DNA of 64,000 bases from the IMG/VR virus record IMGVR_UViG_3300011906_000001, positions 62,001-126,000 of that record; one strand, 5' to 3'. Below, piece after piece: positions 1-9,475 of this stretch. This DNA is from an uncultured virus (IMG/VR IMGVR_UViG_3300011906_000001). Its lineage: Duplodnaviria; Heunggongvirae; Uroviricota; Caudoviricetes. The translations under genes and the position numbers were made by a program. Numbering within the stretch: position 1 is the stretch's first letter; every line of letters starts with the position of its first letter. The notes beneath the pieces were generated by a model, which had not been told where the DNA came from, ran no database searches, and worked only from the letters and a program-made list of their open reading frames with translations.

Positions 1-71
1 GAAGGCGTGTAACAAACATAGGCCTCCCGTTATGGGAGGCTTTATGTCGTTTAAGAATTGATTCCAATTAA

Positions 72-88
72 TTTAAGACCTATATGAC
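72..88 (+). promoter_or_regulatory. putative early (virion RNAP) promoter
   Basis: TTTAAGACCTATATGAC resembles the recurrent intergenic CTATAT(C/T)AC motif and the phiKZ early consensus TATATTAC; lies upstream of ORF 145. Confidence 0.5.
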
Positions 89-144
89 AATTGGGAACCT
101 GCAACCAATAGGTTCCATAAACCATCGTTCTTAGGAGAACAACC

Positions 145-444
145 ATGCTCGAACTTACCATCACTGGCCTCATGGTTAGCTGCTTTGTTGGATTCAATGT
201 ATTCGTACTGGCTACATTGGGCACCAACGGCTGGCTCTATACCCACGCTTATAATTATCAAATGGTCGTTGATAATGCTAAAGCCTTTGCCGTGTATATT
301 GCTACCAACATCATCATGATGGCAACTGCGTTGTATTTTGATTGGCTTATCTTCACAGCATGCCTCATTGCACTGATCGCAATTGAACACATTGTTCGAC
401 TGGCGGCCTATAAGTTGATTCCAAATAATTTAAAGTCTATATAG
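145..444 (+). CDS. hypothetical membrane protein
   Basis: AGGAG RBS; 99 aa with about 3 hydrophobic segments. Confidence 0.7.
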   Translation: MLELTITGLMVSCFVGFNVFVLATLGTNGWLYTHAYNYQMVVDNAKAFAVYIATNIIMMATALYFDWLIFTACLIALIAIEHIVRLAAYKLIPNNLKSI

Positions 445-503
445 CCTTTGTGAATCTACAGCAACTACGCTGTTATAAACCACGATCTTAGGAGATCAAA
501 AAC

Positions 504-968
504 ATGTTCGGTCTTAATCGCAAAAACAAAACTGCTAAAGCTCAAGAAGACGTGATGGGTCATGAAGCCCATCCCGATATGGTTAACAACGCAAATTTCA
601 CTGAGGGTGCTGACATGGCTGACAATGTTCACGAGTTCAAGAAAACCGATACTGAAAACACCACCAACCAAACCCACGAGGAAAACACCATGAACAACGA
701 AACCAATACGGCTGAAGATGTCAAGCTCGACGAAACCGCTGCTCCTGAAGCCACGACTTCCAAGAGCAAGAAGTTCATCAAAGGTGCTATGATCGGTGCA
801 GGCGCTCTGGTGGGTGTCGGCATCGCATATGGCGTTTATGCCGTCCTGCGCAGCACCGGCGCCACTGAAGCGGCTGATGCTGCTGAAGGTATTGCTGAAG
901 CCGCCAGCGATGCTGTTGCTGAAGCCGCTGGTGAAATCACTGAAGCGGTTGCAGCTGCCTTCCGTTAA
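504..968 (+). CDS. hypothetical protein, acidic and Ala-rich, one TM segment
   Basis: AGGAG RBS; hydrophobic GAMIGAGALVGVGIAYGVYAVL; followed by a hairpin at about 977-1001. Confidence 0.75.
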   Translation: MFGLNRKNKTAKAQEDVMGHEAHPDMVNNANFTEGADMADNVHEFKKTDTENTTNQTHEENTMNNETNTAEDVKLDETAAPEATTSKSKKFIKGAMIGAGALVGVGIAYGVYAVLRSTGATEAADAAEGIAEAASDAVAEAAGEITEAVAAAFR

Positions 969-1037
969 GGCATAAATGAGCCCCAGTTTCCTGGGGCTCA
1001 TCAACTAACATTCTCTACGCTATTAAGGAACTTAAGC

Positions 1038-1154
1038 ATGAATCTCAATAACCAGAATGATCAATCCAAAGAAAAAGAAATCGATGAGCAACTGGCTCAG
1101 CTTGAAGCCTTGCTCAGAAAGCGTCGTCTGAAAAAGATGATAGGCATTGAGTAA
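1038..1154 (+). CDS. small hypothetical protein (38 aa, not in ORF track)
   Basis: TAAGGA RBS then ATG AAT CTC ... GAG TAA (MNLNNQNDQSKEKEIDEQLAQLEALLRKRRLKKMIGIE); hairpin and U-tract downstream. Confidence 0.5.
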   Translation: MNLNNQNDQSKEKEIDEQLAQLEALLRKRRLKKMIGIE

Positions 1155-1208
1155 GGATCAATCTCACCGGGGCGCTATGCCCCGGAGATAATCCCCTTTA
1201 TTTTTTTG

Positions 1209-1694
1209 TTAGTCTTGCTCAGAACGGTCTTTCATACGACCAATGAACTCTTCAGAGGTTTCGGCAATTACTCCAATATCCGCCTCTCCTGGAACAGGTT
1301 CATAATCGCCAAGCTTGCTTTCATCCACTTTAGGAATTACCGGCGTCAGTTCGGTGACAGAACCATCTGGGTTTCGCATGAACGGGTTCTTATTGTTTTG
1401 CGTCCTAACAAACTGAGCCATGGCATCAGCGATGTCTTTAGAGCTATTAACCCCTTCCTGATCAATTCGGTTCTTTCTATCACCAATGGCTGTGTGATCC
1501 ATATCCTTCAGGCCTTTAAGCAAAAGATTAGCCGTTTCAGGATCGGTCGGAATCGAATGTTCACACAACTTATTGATGAACTTACGGCGGATGTTTTGAG
1601 TGTAGTTGAGCGTTTGCTCATAGCTCATGGGTTCAGCTTCAGGGGTCTCGATTAGCGTATCCATTGGGTAATCCTTGAATAATTTACAGCACAC
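1209..1694 (-). CDS. hypothetical protein (likely start at MDTLIE)
   Basis: Open frame with natural composition; converges on the terminator at about 1160-1210. Confidence 0.65.
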   Translation of the reverse strand: MCCKLFKDYPMDTLIETPEAEPMSYEQTLNYTQNIRRKFINKLCEHSIPTDPETANLLLKGLKDMDHTAIGDRKNRIDQEGVNSSKDIADAMAQFVRTQNNKNPFMRNPDGSVTELTPVIPKVDESKLGDYEPVPGEADIGVIAETSEEFIGRMKDRSEQD

Positions 1695-1723
1695 CTTTAC
1701 GATATGCTAAGAATAGAAAAGAG

Positions 1724-1739
1724 TTTAGACCTATATCAT
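1724..1739 (+). promoter_or_regulatory. putative early promoter
   Basis: TTTAGACCTATATCAT, intergenic, upstream of ORF 1799. Confidence 0.5.
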
Positions 1740-1798
1740 TTTAATGTATAGAAACCCTGGATAACCCATTCCACTATGGATACGGCAAAACCCATGAC

Positions 1799-2359
1799 AT
1801 GATCACAAGACTGTTAAACCATTTTAAACGTAAAAACAAGATCAAGCGACTTGAGCGCTATCGATTACAATTGGCTTTAATTGGAGGGAGGATTTATAAC
1901 ACCAGACATGCCCCTAAACTGTTAAGTGATTTTTGGTGTGGGCTTAATGTTGACGATTTAACACGTTTTAATACAAGGCAACGTTTAAGCATTGAACTTG
2001 ATCTGGCTCATCGAAACCTGGTTGAATTGGTTGAGTTTATTGAACAGTTTAATACCCTAATGGCTGAAGAGAAAGATAGTCCATTAGAGCAGTTGTGTTT
2101 AAATAAATTCAATGACACCAAACCTCAGGTGTTAGATCACTACTTGTCAGATGACAAGCATTTAGCTATTGATGTTAAGGCATACCTCACCCGGCTTCGT
2201 GGACAATTGTTGTCTCATGTCACCTTACTTGAACCTTTTGATAACCAATATTACCAACGTCAAGCCAACCGGATGTATTTAGACATCTACAGGCTTACGG
2301 TTCAATTGGTTGAAATCTTAACTGAAAAGGAGATTAGTCTCATTAAAAATCCGACTTAA
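1799..2359 (+). CDS. hypothetical protein (phiKZ-like)
   Basis: 186-aa ORF heading a + strand operon. Confidence 0.7.
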   Translation: MITRLLNHFKRKNKIKRLERYRLQLALIGGRIYNTRHAPKLLSDFWCGLNVDDLTRFNTRQRLSIELDLAHRNLVELVEFIEQFNTLMAEEKDSPLEQLCLNKFNDTKPQVLDHYLSDDKHLAIDVKAYLTRLRGQLLSHVTLLEPFDNQYYQRQANRMYLDIYRLTVQLVEILTEKEISLIKNPT

Positions 2360-2405
2360 GGAATTGATTCCTGACCTTGAAAACCAAACCCCTCATCCAC
2401 CGTAG

Positions 2406-3197
2406 GTGATAAGTGATATGGACTCTGTTAAAGAGCTGTTGTCTGATCCTTTAAAAGGACAAAAAAGAGCGCAAGGCATTTTGTGTTATTTGTTTCGTAA
2501 TGTGTTGCTGTGGAAAGAAGTCAACATGATTAAGTGGAATAAACGGCTTAATCTGTATTTCCAAAAGCCTCACAATAAAGATAAGCCTGTGGACAAAGGC
2601 AATCTGAATAAATGTTTGATTGCCGATGACATGACCTGGGGTTCATTTATGAAAGCCATTGACTTTCTAAGCCCAGTAGCCGCTACTCTCACCATTAAGC
2701 TGACCTGGCGAGATGGGAGAATGTCTGAGTATGTCATCTCTTTAGATCCTGCTGAAGACGAATCAGACCCTAAGCTCAATACGTTTATCAGTAAAGAAGA
2801 AGTAGGGGATATTTTCGCTCAACAGAAAAAACCGGTCAATACCCTGGCTCGACTGTTTCGTTACATTGTTCGTCAAGAGCAGTTAGATGTTCCTAAATGG
2901 AATCATCTGTTTGAGGAGTATGTAAAGAATCCATTAAATGGGGTTGATCACAATAAACGCGATTTAGCGGCGACAATCAGTCAACTGCAACGAAGCATGC
3001 TCGATAAACGCATGACATGGAATACCTTCAGACGGGGCCTTCAGGTGTTAAACCCAATCCATGAACAATTTACCTTAAGTATGCGTTGGACGAATGATCC
3101 GAGGCTTGAGAAGCTCGATCCTTCTAAAGTGGTAACCGAGCACACGGCAAGCTATCGTGATCCTTTTGCAACAGGGACTGTCCATGAAAGCCAGTGA
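2406..3197 (+). CDS. hypothetical protein with an internal tandem domain duplication
   Basis: Two similar halves: LFR..W..Y..P..MTWGSFMKAIDFLSP and LFR..W..Y..P..MTWNTFRRGLQVLNP. Confidence 0.75.
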   Translation: MISDMDSVKELLSDPLKGQKRAQGILCYLFRNVLLWKEVNMIKWNKRLNLYFQKPHNKDKPVDKGNLNKCLIADDMTWGSFMKAIDFLSPVAATLTIKLTWRDGRMSEYVISLDPAEDESDPKLNTFISKEEVGDIFAQQKKPVNTLARLFRYIVRQEQLDVPKWNHLFEEYVKNPLNGVDHNKRDLAATISQLQRSMLDKRMTWNTFRRGLQVLNPIHEQFTLSMRWTNDPRLEKLDPSKVVTEHTASYRDPFATGTVHESQ

Positions 3198-3573
3198 TGA
3201 ACTGATTGACCTTAAGGACCAGGGGTTGAGTAAGATCTTTGGGTTTTACCAGTTCAGTCAAAAGACGACAGCGACGGGCATGCCGTTTAAAAGCTTTGCT
3301 GGGCTTTACTATTACCTGATCACAGGCAAAGCCCATGTTGAGCTTTTAAAATATGCAAATGTGGATGACTATAAATCCAAGCCTTGGGTGTTTGAGCCTG
3401 ATCTTGATACGATCATGTATGACACCCTCGTCTCTCATTTAAGTCATTTCCCCTTGGTGAAGATAAAGCTCAAAAGGACTAAAGGTTTCATCTGGACGAT
3501 GGACCGAGAATTAAACGGGGCTGAGAAACGCTGGTTAGAGTATTTAAACCGCTATCTGAACGAACAGGTCTAA
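3184..3573 (+). CDS. hypothetical protein
   Basis: ATG at 3184 overlaps the end of the upstream gene; hairpin follows. Confidence 0.65.
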   Translation: MKASDELIDLKDQGLSKIFGFYQFSQKTTATGMPFKSFAGLYYYLITGKAHVELLKYANVDDYKSKPWVFEPDLDTIMYDTLVSHLSHFPLVKIKLKRTKGFIWTMDRELNGAEKRWLEYLNRYLNEQV

Positions 3574-3653
3574 TCATAACGCCCTCCCTCCGGGGAGGGT
3601 TTATGAACGTCTTATCGTATAGCTTTATTTTTTTATTCTAAGGATTTAATTCC

Positions 3654-4694
3654 ATGGCTTCTATTGCACGTCCGGTCTTTGAAGCCGGCCCTTCCGATCA
3701 GATTAAAGAAGTTGATGTTTACAACATCACAGATACCCAAACACGAAATGCGTTAACCAGTAAACTCTCAACCTTTGGGGATGGTCTGTCAGGTGTTTAC
3801 GGTAAAAGTACGCAAGTCTTAAGTGGGATTAAAAACAGACTTCTATCAGGGAATATTGATGTCTATCAAGCCTCTGAACGTATTGAACGGGCGTTAAAGG
3901 GTTCACGCAGTGATATTACCAGTCTGTCTACCGATCTTCAGAATGTCATCTTTGAAGAGGTCACAGGTAAAGCCCCTGGCACTAACTATGTTAAGAAAGC
4001 CAGTGATTTAATCAATACCGTTAAGATCGTTACAGAACGGGGAGACCGGGTGTTTAACAACACCAATTACGGTCAAGTCAATGCGGTCATGCGGTTTGTC
4101 AGTGACTTGACAGGAAACAGCATATTCAAAAGCTTAGACTTAGGTGCTGAAGCGGCTTTACTCAAAGGGGTATTGACTGAAGTCAGTCAATGGGGTATTC
4201 CTGAGCTTATTGATGACATTCTTGATAAGACGGATAAGGAAGTCTCGCGTACAGCTGTTAGGCGTTCTGCCTCAGCCATTGCATCGGCTGGCGATATTGA
4301 TTCAATCGAGTCAATGATCAATAAATTGGGGGCTTCAACTTTAACCAGTCAAACCCCTAATTTTGCCAGTACCCTGATCAGTCGGTATCGATTTAAGCCA
4401 GGTACAACAGCGGCTGATTATCCGGCGCTTTTAACCCAATTGGTTTCTGTCATGGATAAGCTACAACCCAATTGGTTCTTCACTAACCGCAATTACCTGT
4501 CGGATGAAACCCAACGCGAAGTTAGTGAAGATATTGCTAATTTGTCGGTGTTGGCCGTGGCCAGTGATGACGCCGTGACCTTGTTAAGTTCCAGTGATGA
4601 ATACTTAAAGTATGTAGTCACCGCTCCACTCTACCCCAGTAAGAAAGCCAAGACACTGCTGAAAACGATGTATCCTTATATTGCCATTGCCTAA
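3654..4694 (+). CDS. virion structural protein (phiKZ gp174-like by synteny)
   Basis: 346-aa ORF convergent with the head protease gene. Confidence 0.6.
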   Translation: MASIARPVFEAGPSDQIKEVDVYNITDTQTRNALTSKLSTFGDGLSGVYGKSTQVLSGIKNRLLSGNIDVYQASERIERALKGSRSDITSLSTDLQNVIFEEVTGKAPGTNYVKKASDLINTVKIVTERGDRVFNNTNYGQVNAVMRFVSDLTGNSIFKSLDLGAEAALLKGVLTEVSQWGIPELIDDILDKTDKEVSRTAVRRSASAIASAGDIDSIESMINKLGASTLTSQTPNFASTLISRYRFKPGTTAADYPALLTQLVSVMDKLQPNWFFTNRNYLSDETQREVSEDIANLSVLAVASDDAVTLLSSSDEYLKYVVTAPLYPSKKAKTLLKTMYPYIAIA

Positions 4695-4697
4695 CGA

Positions 4698-4731
4698 CAT
4701 AATCCCCTCCCAATTACGGGAGGGGATTATG
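4698..4731. terminator. bidirectional terminator hairpin
   Basis: Perfect 14-bp stem CATAATCCCCTCCC/GGGAGGGGATTATG between convergent genes, with a T-run after it. Confidence 0.8.
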
Positions 4732-4747
4732 CTGTCTTTTTTTCTTT

Positions 4748-5518
4748 TTACCAGCGTGTAAAGGCAGGTCGTTTTGCCACCACCGCCTTTTGACGTTCCC
4801 AGCCTAAATCTTTGGCCAGGGATTCAAAATCCAGTCCAACCGATTCCATCCCAAGTCCCAGTTGCTTTTTCTGTTCATCCGCAAGCTGCCAAAGTATGGT
4901 CGGGGTGATTTCAACTTCGGTGTCTTCAAAGCTTTCCAAGGACGGACTGTTGTACTTGTTCGCTTGAAGAATACCCCCTTCACCCACCATGTCCCAGGTG
5001 ACGATTTCACGGGTGAACTTGATCATGTTCATCCGATCATCCATGGTGATCGAACGCACTGAGAAGAAGCTGTTGATGTGAGGGTTACTCAAAGCCGCTT
5101 CAGCACAGTGTGCGTAAGGACCAAAAGGCATCACATCGCCTGTCACCAACACAATAGAGCGACCTTTCTCATCCTTAGACGGTTCCAGGTAAATCGCCCT
5201 GATGTGTGCACAGGCCTTATTCATGTCAATGCGGCGAATGCGTTGAACATAAACCGTATCGTTCATCCCAGGCAATTTCTCGGGATGGGTGTATTCTGCA
5301 TAGAGTACACCCTTTTGAAGCATGCGCATCAAAGGGGAAGTGGGTTGGAACTGAGCCAACGCAGAATTGCGATCATACAAAAAACCACCGCTATTAAACG
5401 CATCATAAGCGCCCAGAGGGACGTTCAGATAATAGCCATGTTCATCTTTTTTCAACACACCTTGCTTGCCTGCTGCAAGCATGGTACAACCAATCACCAC
5501 GCGACGATTAGGCAACAT
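4748..5518 (-). CDS. prohead (head maturation) protease, phiKZ gp175-like
   Basis: LYAEYTHP (His) and FSVRS (Ser) motifs; C-terminal S/G-x-E sites (SLE, SFE, GME) typical of self-cleavage; position next to the vRNAP block. Confidence 0.8.
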   Translation of the reverse strand: MLPNRRVVIGCTMLAAGKQGVLKKDEHGYYLNVPLGAYDAFNSGGFLYDRNSALAQFQPTSPLMRMLQKGVLYAEYTHPEKLPGMNDTVYVQRIRRIDMNKACAHIRAIYLEPSKDEKGRSIVLVTGDVMPFGPYAHCAEAALSNPHINSFFSVRSITMDDRMNMIKFTREIVTWDMVGEGGILQANKYNSPSLESFEDTEVEITPTILWQLADEQKKQLGLGMESVGLDFESLAKDLGWERQKAVVAKRPAFTRW

Positions 5519-5523
5519 AATGG

Positions 5524-6243
5524 TTAAGTCCTAAGAAGCTCCTCTATTCGTTCAACTTGTTCGTTAGGGTTAACCAACGCCGAGATGATCGAATCACTGT
5601 AATAGGCCCCGATGATTTTGCTTGTGGTATCAGAGACGTTCCAAATCACAGAGCGGAACGGGGTAATTACAGGAGGATTGTTTACGATGTCTTCATCTTT
5701 TTCGATGATGTGCCGGTAAAGGCGGGTCAGATCTGTTGAGTCACGGCAGGTGGTCGACAGAATCAATTCAAGCACCGATCGGTTGCCTAAGTTGATACCC
5801 GCAAACTCCTGAGCTGTCTCAAAGAGCTTGGCAATGTCGTAATAGTTAAAATACCACGGAATATTGCCTTTAGCCACTAACTCATCGTAGATGTAGTACG
5901 TTAAGGTATCGTTCTTAACAAGCTCAGTTGAGGGGAAGACGGTATCACCTTTGAAGAATTTAAACTCCAAAAAGGCCATGCCTTCCATTTCAATACGATC
6001 GGTTGAGCTTGGAGTGATTCGCATCATCGCACAGGTTCTAGAAACGCTGTAATAAGCTTCATCCATAATCAAAGCAAAGAAGCCCAAGATGTACACCTTA
6101 TCCCCGACGGTAGCCAAATGACGACTGGCGTAGCGTTCGGGGATCAGGATGCGACAATCGGCAGTGGTAATTACACTGCCGTCATCTTGACTCATTAAGC
6201 GTTTCTTAACGTACTCTGGCGACCGTGTAAACGGGATGGCCAT
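5524..6243 (-). CDS. conserved phiKZ-like protein (gp176-like)
   Basis: 239-aa ORF in the protease operon. Confidence 0.7.
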   Translation of the reverse strand: MAIPFTRSPEYVKKRLMSQDDGSVITTADCRILIPERYASRHLATVGDKVYILGFFALIMDEAYYSVSRTCAMMRITPSSTDRIEMEGMAFLEFKFFKGDTVFPSTELVKNDTLTYYIYDELVAKGNIPWYFNYYDIAKLFETAQEFAGINLGNRSVLELILSTTCRDSTDLTRLYRHIIEKDEDIVNNPPVITPFRSVIWNVSDTTSKIIGAYYSDSIISALVNPNEQVERIEELLRT

Positions 6244-6255
6244 GATACGTTACCT

Positions 6256-8136
6256 CTAGGCGGTGATTGGAACCCGACGCATCACTTTAGACGGGGGCAT
6301 TTCACCGTGTTCATCGGTTGGTAGGTATTCTTCTTCCATCCGATAATGCACCCCCTCAATCTGTTGCTCTTCCGGGACGATATCGATGTTCACATCCGTG
6401 ACTTCTTTATCGTTGATAGACCCTTCCAAACCTTTAACGGCGTCCACTTCACTTTCATTGACGGTCGCTTCAACATCAGTGGCGTCTACCGCAACAGCCG
6501 TTCCATCTTGAGGGATGGAGTCGGTGTCAGTGACAACAGGCGCTGGGTGGTTAGTAGCGTCCACCATGGCATCGGTAACCAGCTCACCACCACCGCCATT
6601 GATCAAGGCTTGTTGGGCTGCCACTTCCGCATCGGCCTCATTCACTTCTTGGGACACCGCAGGCTCAAGAGTGGCATTAGGATCAACCTGAGGTTTGAAG
6701 TCAATCACCTGTACTTGAGCGGCCATCCATGACGCTGCCACTTCAATCAAGCTGTAAACGGCCAGCTCGCGTGGGGTGGCTTCAGGATGCAGTTTGGCAT
6801 AATGTTCAAAGGCATGCAGAAAATCCAGATAGATTGGATTGTCATAATGCAGTCCACAGACGAGTTTTGCAAACATCTGGAACGGATTATCGAAGTCTTG
6901 TTCTTTAAGACCCCGTACAAGGCTCTGAGCGCGCGTACGTGCATCGATCATGGCCAACTGAGGCAGACCCTCAGGTTTGACAACAGAATCATCCATAAGC
7001 GTTGCCAGGGCTTCCTGACGACGACGGGTGGTCACTCGATCAACACAGGCTTGACGCATCAATGGATACAACTGGTTCCAACGCTTGACCAACGTCGGTT
7101 GATCTTCAAGTAGCTGAGCCCCTTTACGCAAGCCTGGTTTGTAAACCGCACCCCCCAAGATGGTTTCTACTTGACCGCCTTTATCCAACCATGCCTGGTA
7201 GATATCACCGTTGACTTCAACGGAGACGGACATGTTCAGAAGCGGATCAACCGCTTGACTGCGGTAGATCAGTACATCGAATTTGCTGTCATCCACACGG
7301 CGCTGGTAAGCATAGAGTAGACGGGAACCCAGGTACTCATGGAGCAGCGTCATGGAACGCTTCCATTCTTCCAGGCTGACGGATTCATTGAGACCATCGA
7401 CTGGGTTGTCAATGAAATGACCACACAGGCAATACGCCAGCAGTAGTTCGTCTATCGCCTGAGGCAGGCGATGAGGCGCAACGAAGTCCAGTGATGACGG
7501 GGTGATGGAACGCGCTTTATTAAACAGCTGATTCCACACCGCGACAATCCGATCAGCGCCGACCTTCAAAAGCCATTCGGTGACTTGCTGCTGATCCAAA
7601 TGAGGATTGTTAGTCGCCGCCAACTCAATGATAGCTTCAGCGGTCTTCGGTCCCATCATGAAGGTGCGGTAATTATCCTGCGCCCGCACTTTCTCATAGC
7701 GCATTTGAACATGGTTGATCAATGCCGGTTCACTATGGACCGGTGCGTATTGCCAGATCAGCACATTCAGGTTAGGTTGACTACCCACCGACCGACGGGC
7801 TTGGTAGGCTTCAACATACGCATTGATTGTTGGGATGATTACTTGACGGGCTTTAAACGTCAGTGCCTTGAGACCTTGGGCCATCAAATCGGCTTGATGA
7901 TCGAAGGCTTCTTCTTGAGGCGTTGAAACAACGGCGTTTTCTTCTTCGAAGTCTTCTTGAGAGACCGTAGCCAACTGATGACTGTAGGCCACTTTGTTGG
8001 GTTTGTCATTAAAGCTGTAGCATTCACAACTAGCAGCCAGGGGAATATGCTCAGAGCGCAAAGCCAGAAGCCGATTGGATTCTGTCAAGGCTTGAGCCAA
8101 AGGCGCAACCACTTTCGGGGATGTTTGACTGAACAT
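6256..8136 (-). CDS. conserved phiKZ-like virion protein (gp177-like)
   Basis: 626-aa ORF with acidic low-complexity C-terminus; synteny. Confidence 0.7.
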   Translation of the reverse strand: MFSQTSPKVVAPLAQALTESNRLLALRSEHIPLAASCECYSFNDKPNKVAYSHQLATVSQEDFEEENAVVSTPQEEAFDHQADLMAQGLKALTFKARQVIIPTINAYVEAYQARRSVGSQPNLNVLIWQYAPVHSEPALINHVQMRYEKVRAQDNYRTFMMGPKTAEAIIELAATNNPHLDQQQVTEWLLKVGADRIVAVWNQLFNKARSITPSSLDFVAPHRLPQAIDELLLAYCLCGHFIDNPVDGLNESVSLEEWKRSMTLLHEYLGSRLLYAYQRRVDDSKFDVLIYRSQAVDPLLNMSVSVEVNGDIYQAWLDKGGQVETILGGAVYKPGLRKGAQLLEDQPTLVKRWNQLYPLMRQACVDRVTTRRRQEALATLMDDSVVKPEGLPQLAMIDARTRAQSLVRGLKEQDFDNPFQMFAKLVCGLHYDNPIYLDFLHAFEHYAKLHPEATPRELAVYSLIEVAASWMAAQVQVIDFKPQVDPNATLEPAVSQEVNEADAEVAAQQALINGGGGELVTDAMVDATNHPAPVVTDTDSIPQDGTAVAVDATDVEATVNESEVDAVKGLEGSINDKEVTDVNIDIVPEEQQIEGVHYRMEEEYLPTDEHGEMPPSKVMRRVPITA

Positions 8137-8148
8137 GAAAAAAAGTCC

Positions 8149-8352
8149 TTAGATTGCAAGTTTGCTGGCAAGGCGAGCCGCTACAGCTTCTTGAAGTTCA
8201 GCGGGAGTGAGTTCAACCCCTTCAAGCTGACTTGACACCTCGTCACTGCCCAGGCAACGGAAGATGGCCTCGGCGGCCACCTCCACACTTGCAGTCAGCA
8301 CTTGAAGGTTATTACCATGGGCTACGTTGGGACTAACGCTTGGCGCGTTCAT
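8149..8352 (-). CDS. small hypothetical protein (MNAPSVSP...)
   Basis: GGAG RBS before the ATG at 8352; fills the gap between the RNAP 3' exon and the next gene. Confidence 0.6.
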   Translation of the reverse strand: MNAPSVSPNVAHGNNLQVLTASVEVAAEAIFRCLGSDEVSSQLEGVELTPAELQEAVAARLASKLAI

Positions 8353-9475
8353 TGGTGTCTCCTTTATAAACAGATGCCACATGCTTGGACAATACATCCA
8401 GCAGCATATTAGTGACCCCAATCAACGTTGGGGAATGAACAATCCGAGCCTCTACAGACAACCGGCCAAAGATGGCGTCAATATCGCGCTTGTCTTCGGT
8501 TTTGTTGTAGCCTGAATAGGTTCTTGAAAACACGGTTTTCAGCTGATTGGCAAACACGGCTTTATCCCCCACACCCGCCACCACATCGTGATCAATATAA
8601 ATCTTGATCGCGAAGGTATCAGGATCGAGGGCTTTGCCTCGAATGCGGAAACTGGTGTCCACTTGTCCTGTAAAGGCTTTGGTACCTAACGCGCGAGCGC
8701 GTTTCTTCCGTTCTTTATCCGATTCACTGGCCAACAGTTGAAGGTTTTCAGACAGGTCATCCATATCCCCGTGATAGAAGCATTCGATTTTCGAAACACG
8801 TCCTACCACTTTAGCGCGTGGGGTTGCATGTTGTAGGCGTTTTAGGGTATCTAAAGCGGCATCACCAAATAGCGTCTGGTCAGCCGTCTCAGGGTCTTCA
8901 ATCGTACATAGAATTGAATCGAGCTCAACATGGTCACCCACTTTAACCAGATCATGAACCGCTTGTTCAAAGCCGACTTGCACCACACGCACTTCGGTGG
9001 TTTGGGTGGTCAGCTTTTTAGCGGTCTCTTCACTGATCGCCGATCCATCTTCCAGCGTGTCGATATTATCGATCATCGCCACCGTACACATCACCCCCGC
9101 TTTCCACACCACTTGATTGGGAACCAAGCGATCGTAAGTAAAATACTTACTGTTATACGCCAGTGTATCCCCTCGTTTAAAGGTATCCCCTGCTTTGAAC
9201 TGAGTGGTGAGTGTATGGGGGAAAGTGACCCCTGTAGCGACCCCATGATTAAGGCCTAAGGGGAGTTTCTCTTCAGACCCGTCTTTATAGCGTACATGAA
9301 TCGCACGCCCTGTTACTGATACCACTTCACCGGCTTGATCGGCTGAGGTTGCAAACATCTTAGTAGTGCGTTGCGCCACCACTTGTTCATAACCTGTTCT
9401 AAGCGGAGTGGCCTCATAGCCGTCAGCGAACGTTCCCTGACTTTGCTGGACCGCGATAAAGTTGATGCGTTTTGG
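8333..9475 (-). CDS. rpoB: virion RNA polymerase beta subunit, exon 2 (phiKZ gp178-like)
   Basis: Starts CCA AAA CGC (PKRINF) immediately after the intron terminal G; contains EDG and GDK..NQLKT beta-subunit motifs. Confidence 0.85.
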   Translation of the reverse strand, partial: PKRINFIAVQQSQGTFADGYEATPLRTGYEQVVAQRTTKMFATSADQAGEVVSVTGRAIHVRYKDGSEEKLPLGLNHGVATGVTFPHTLTTQFKAGDTFKRGDTLAYNSKYFTYDRLVPNQVVWKAGVMCTVAMIDNIDTLEDGSAISEETAKKLTTQTTEVRVVQVGFEQAVHDLVKVGDHVELDSILCTIEDPETADQTLFGDAALDTLKRLQHATPRAKVVGRVSKIECFYHGDMDDLSENLQLLASESDKERKKRARALGTKAFTGQVDTSFRIRGKALDPDTFAIKIYIDHDVVAGVGDKAVFANQLKTVFSRTYSGYNKTEDKRDIDAIFGRLSVEARIVHSPTLIGVTNMLLDVLSKHVASVYKGDTNERAKR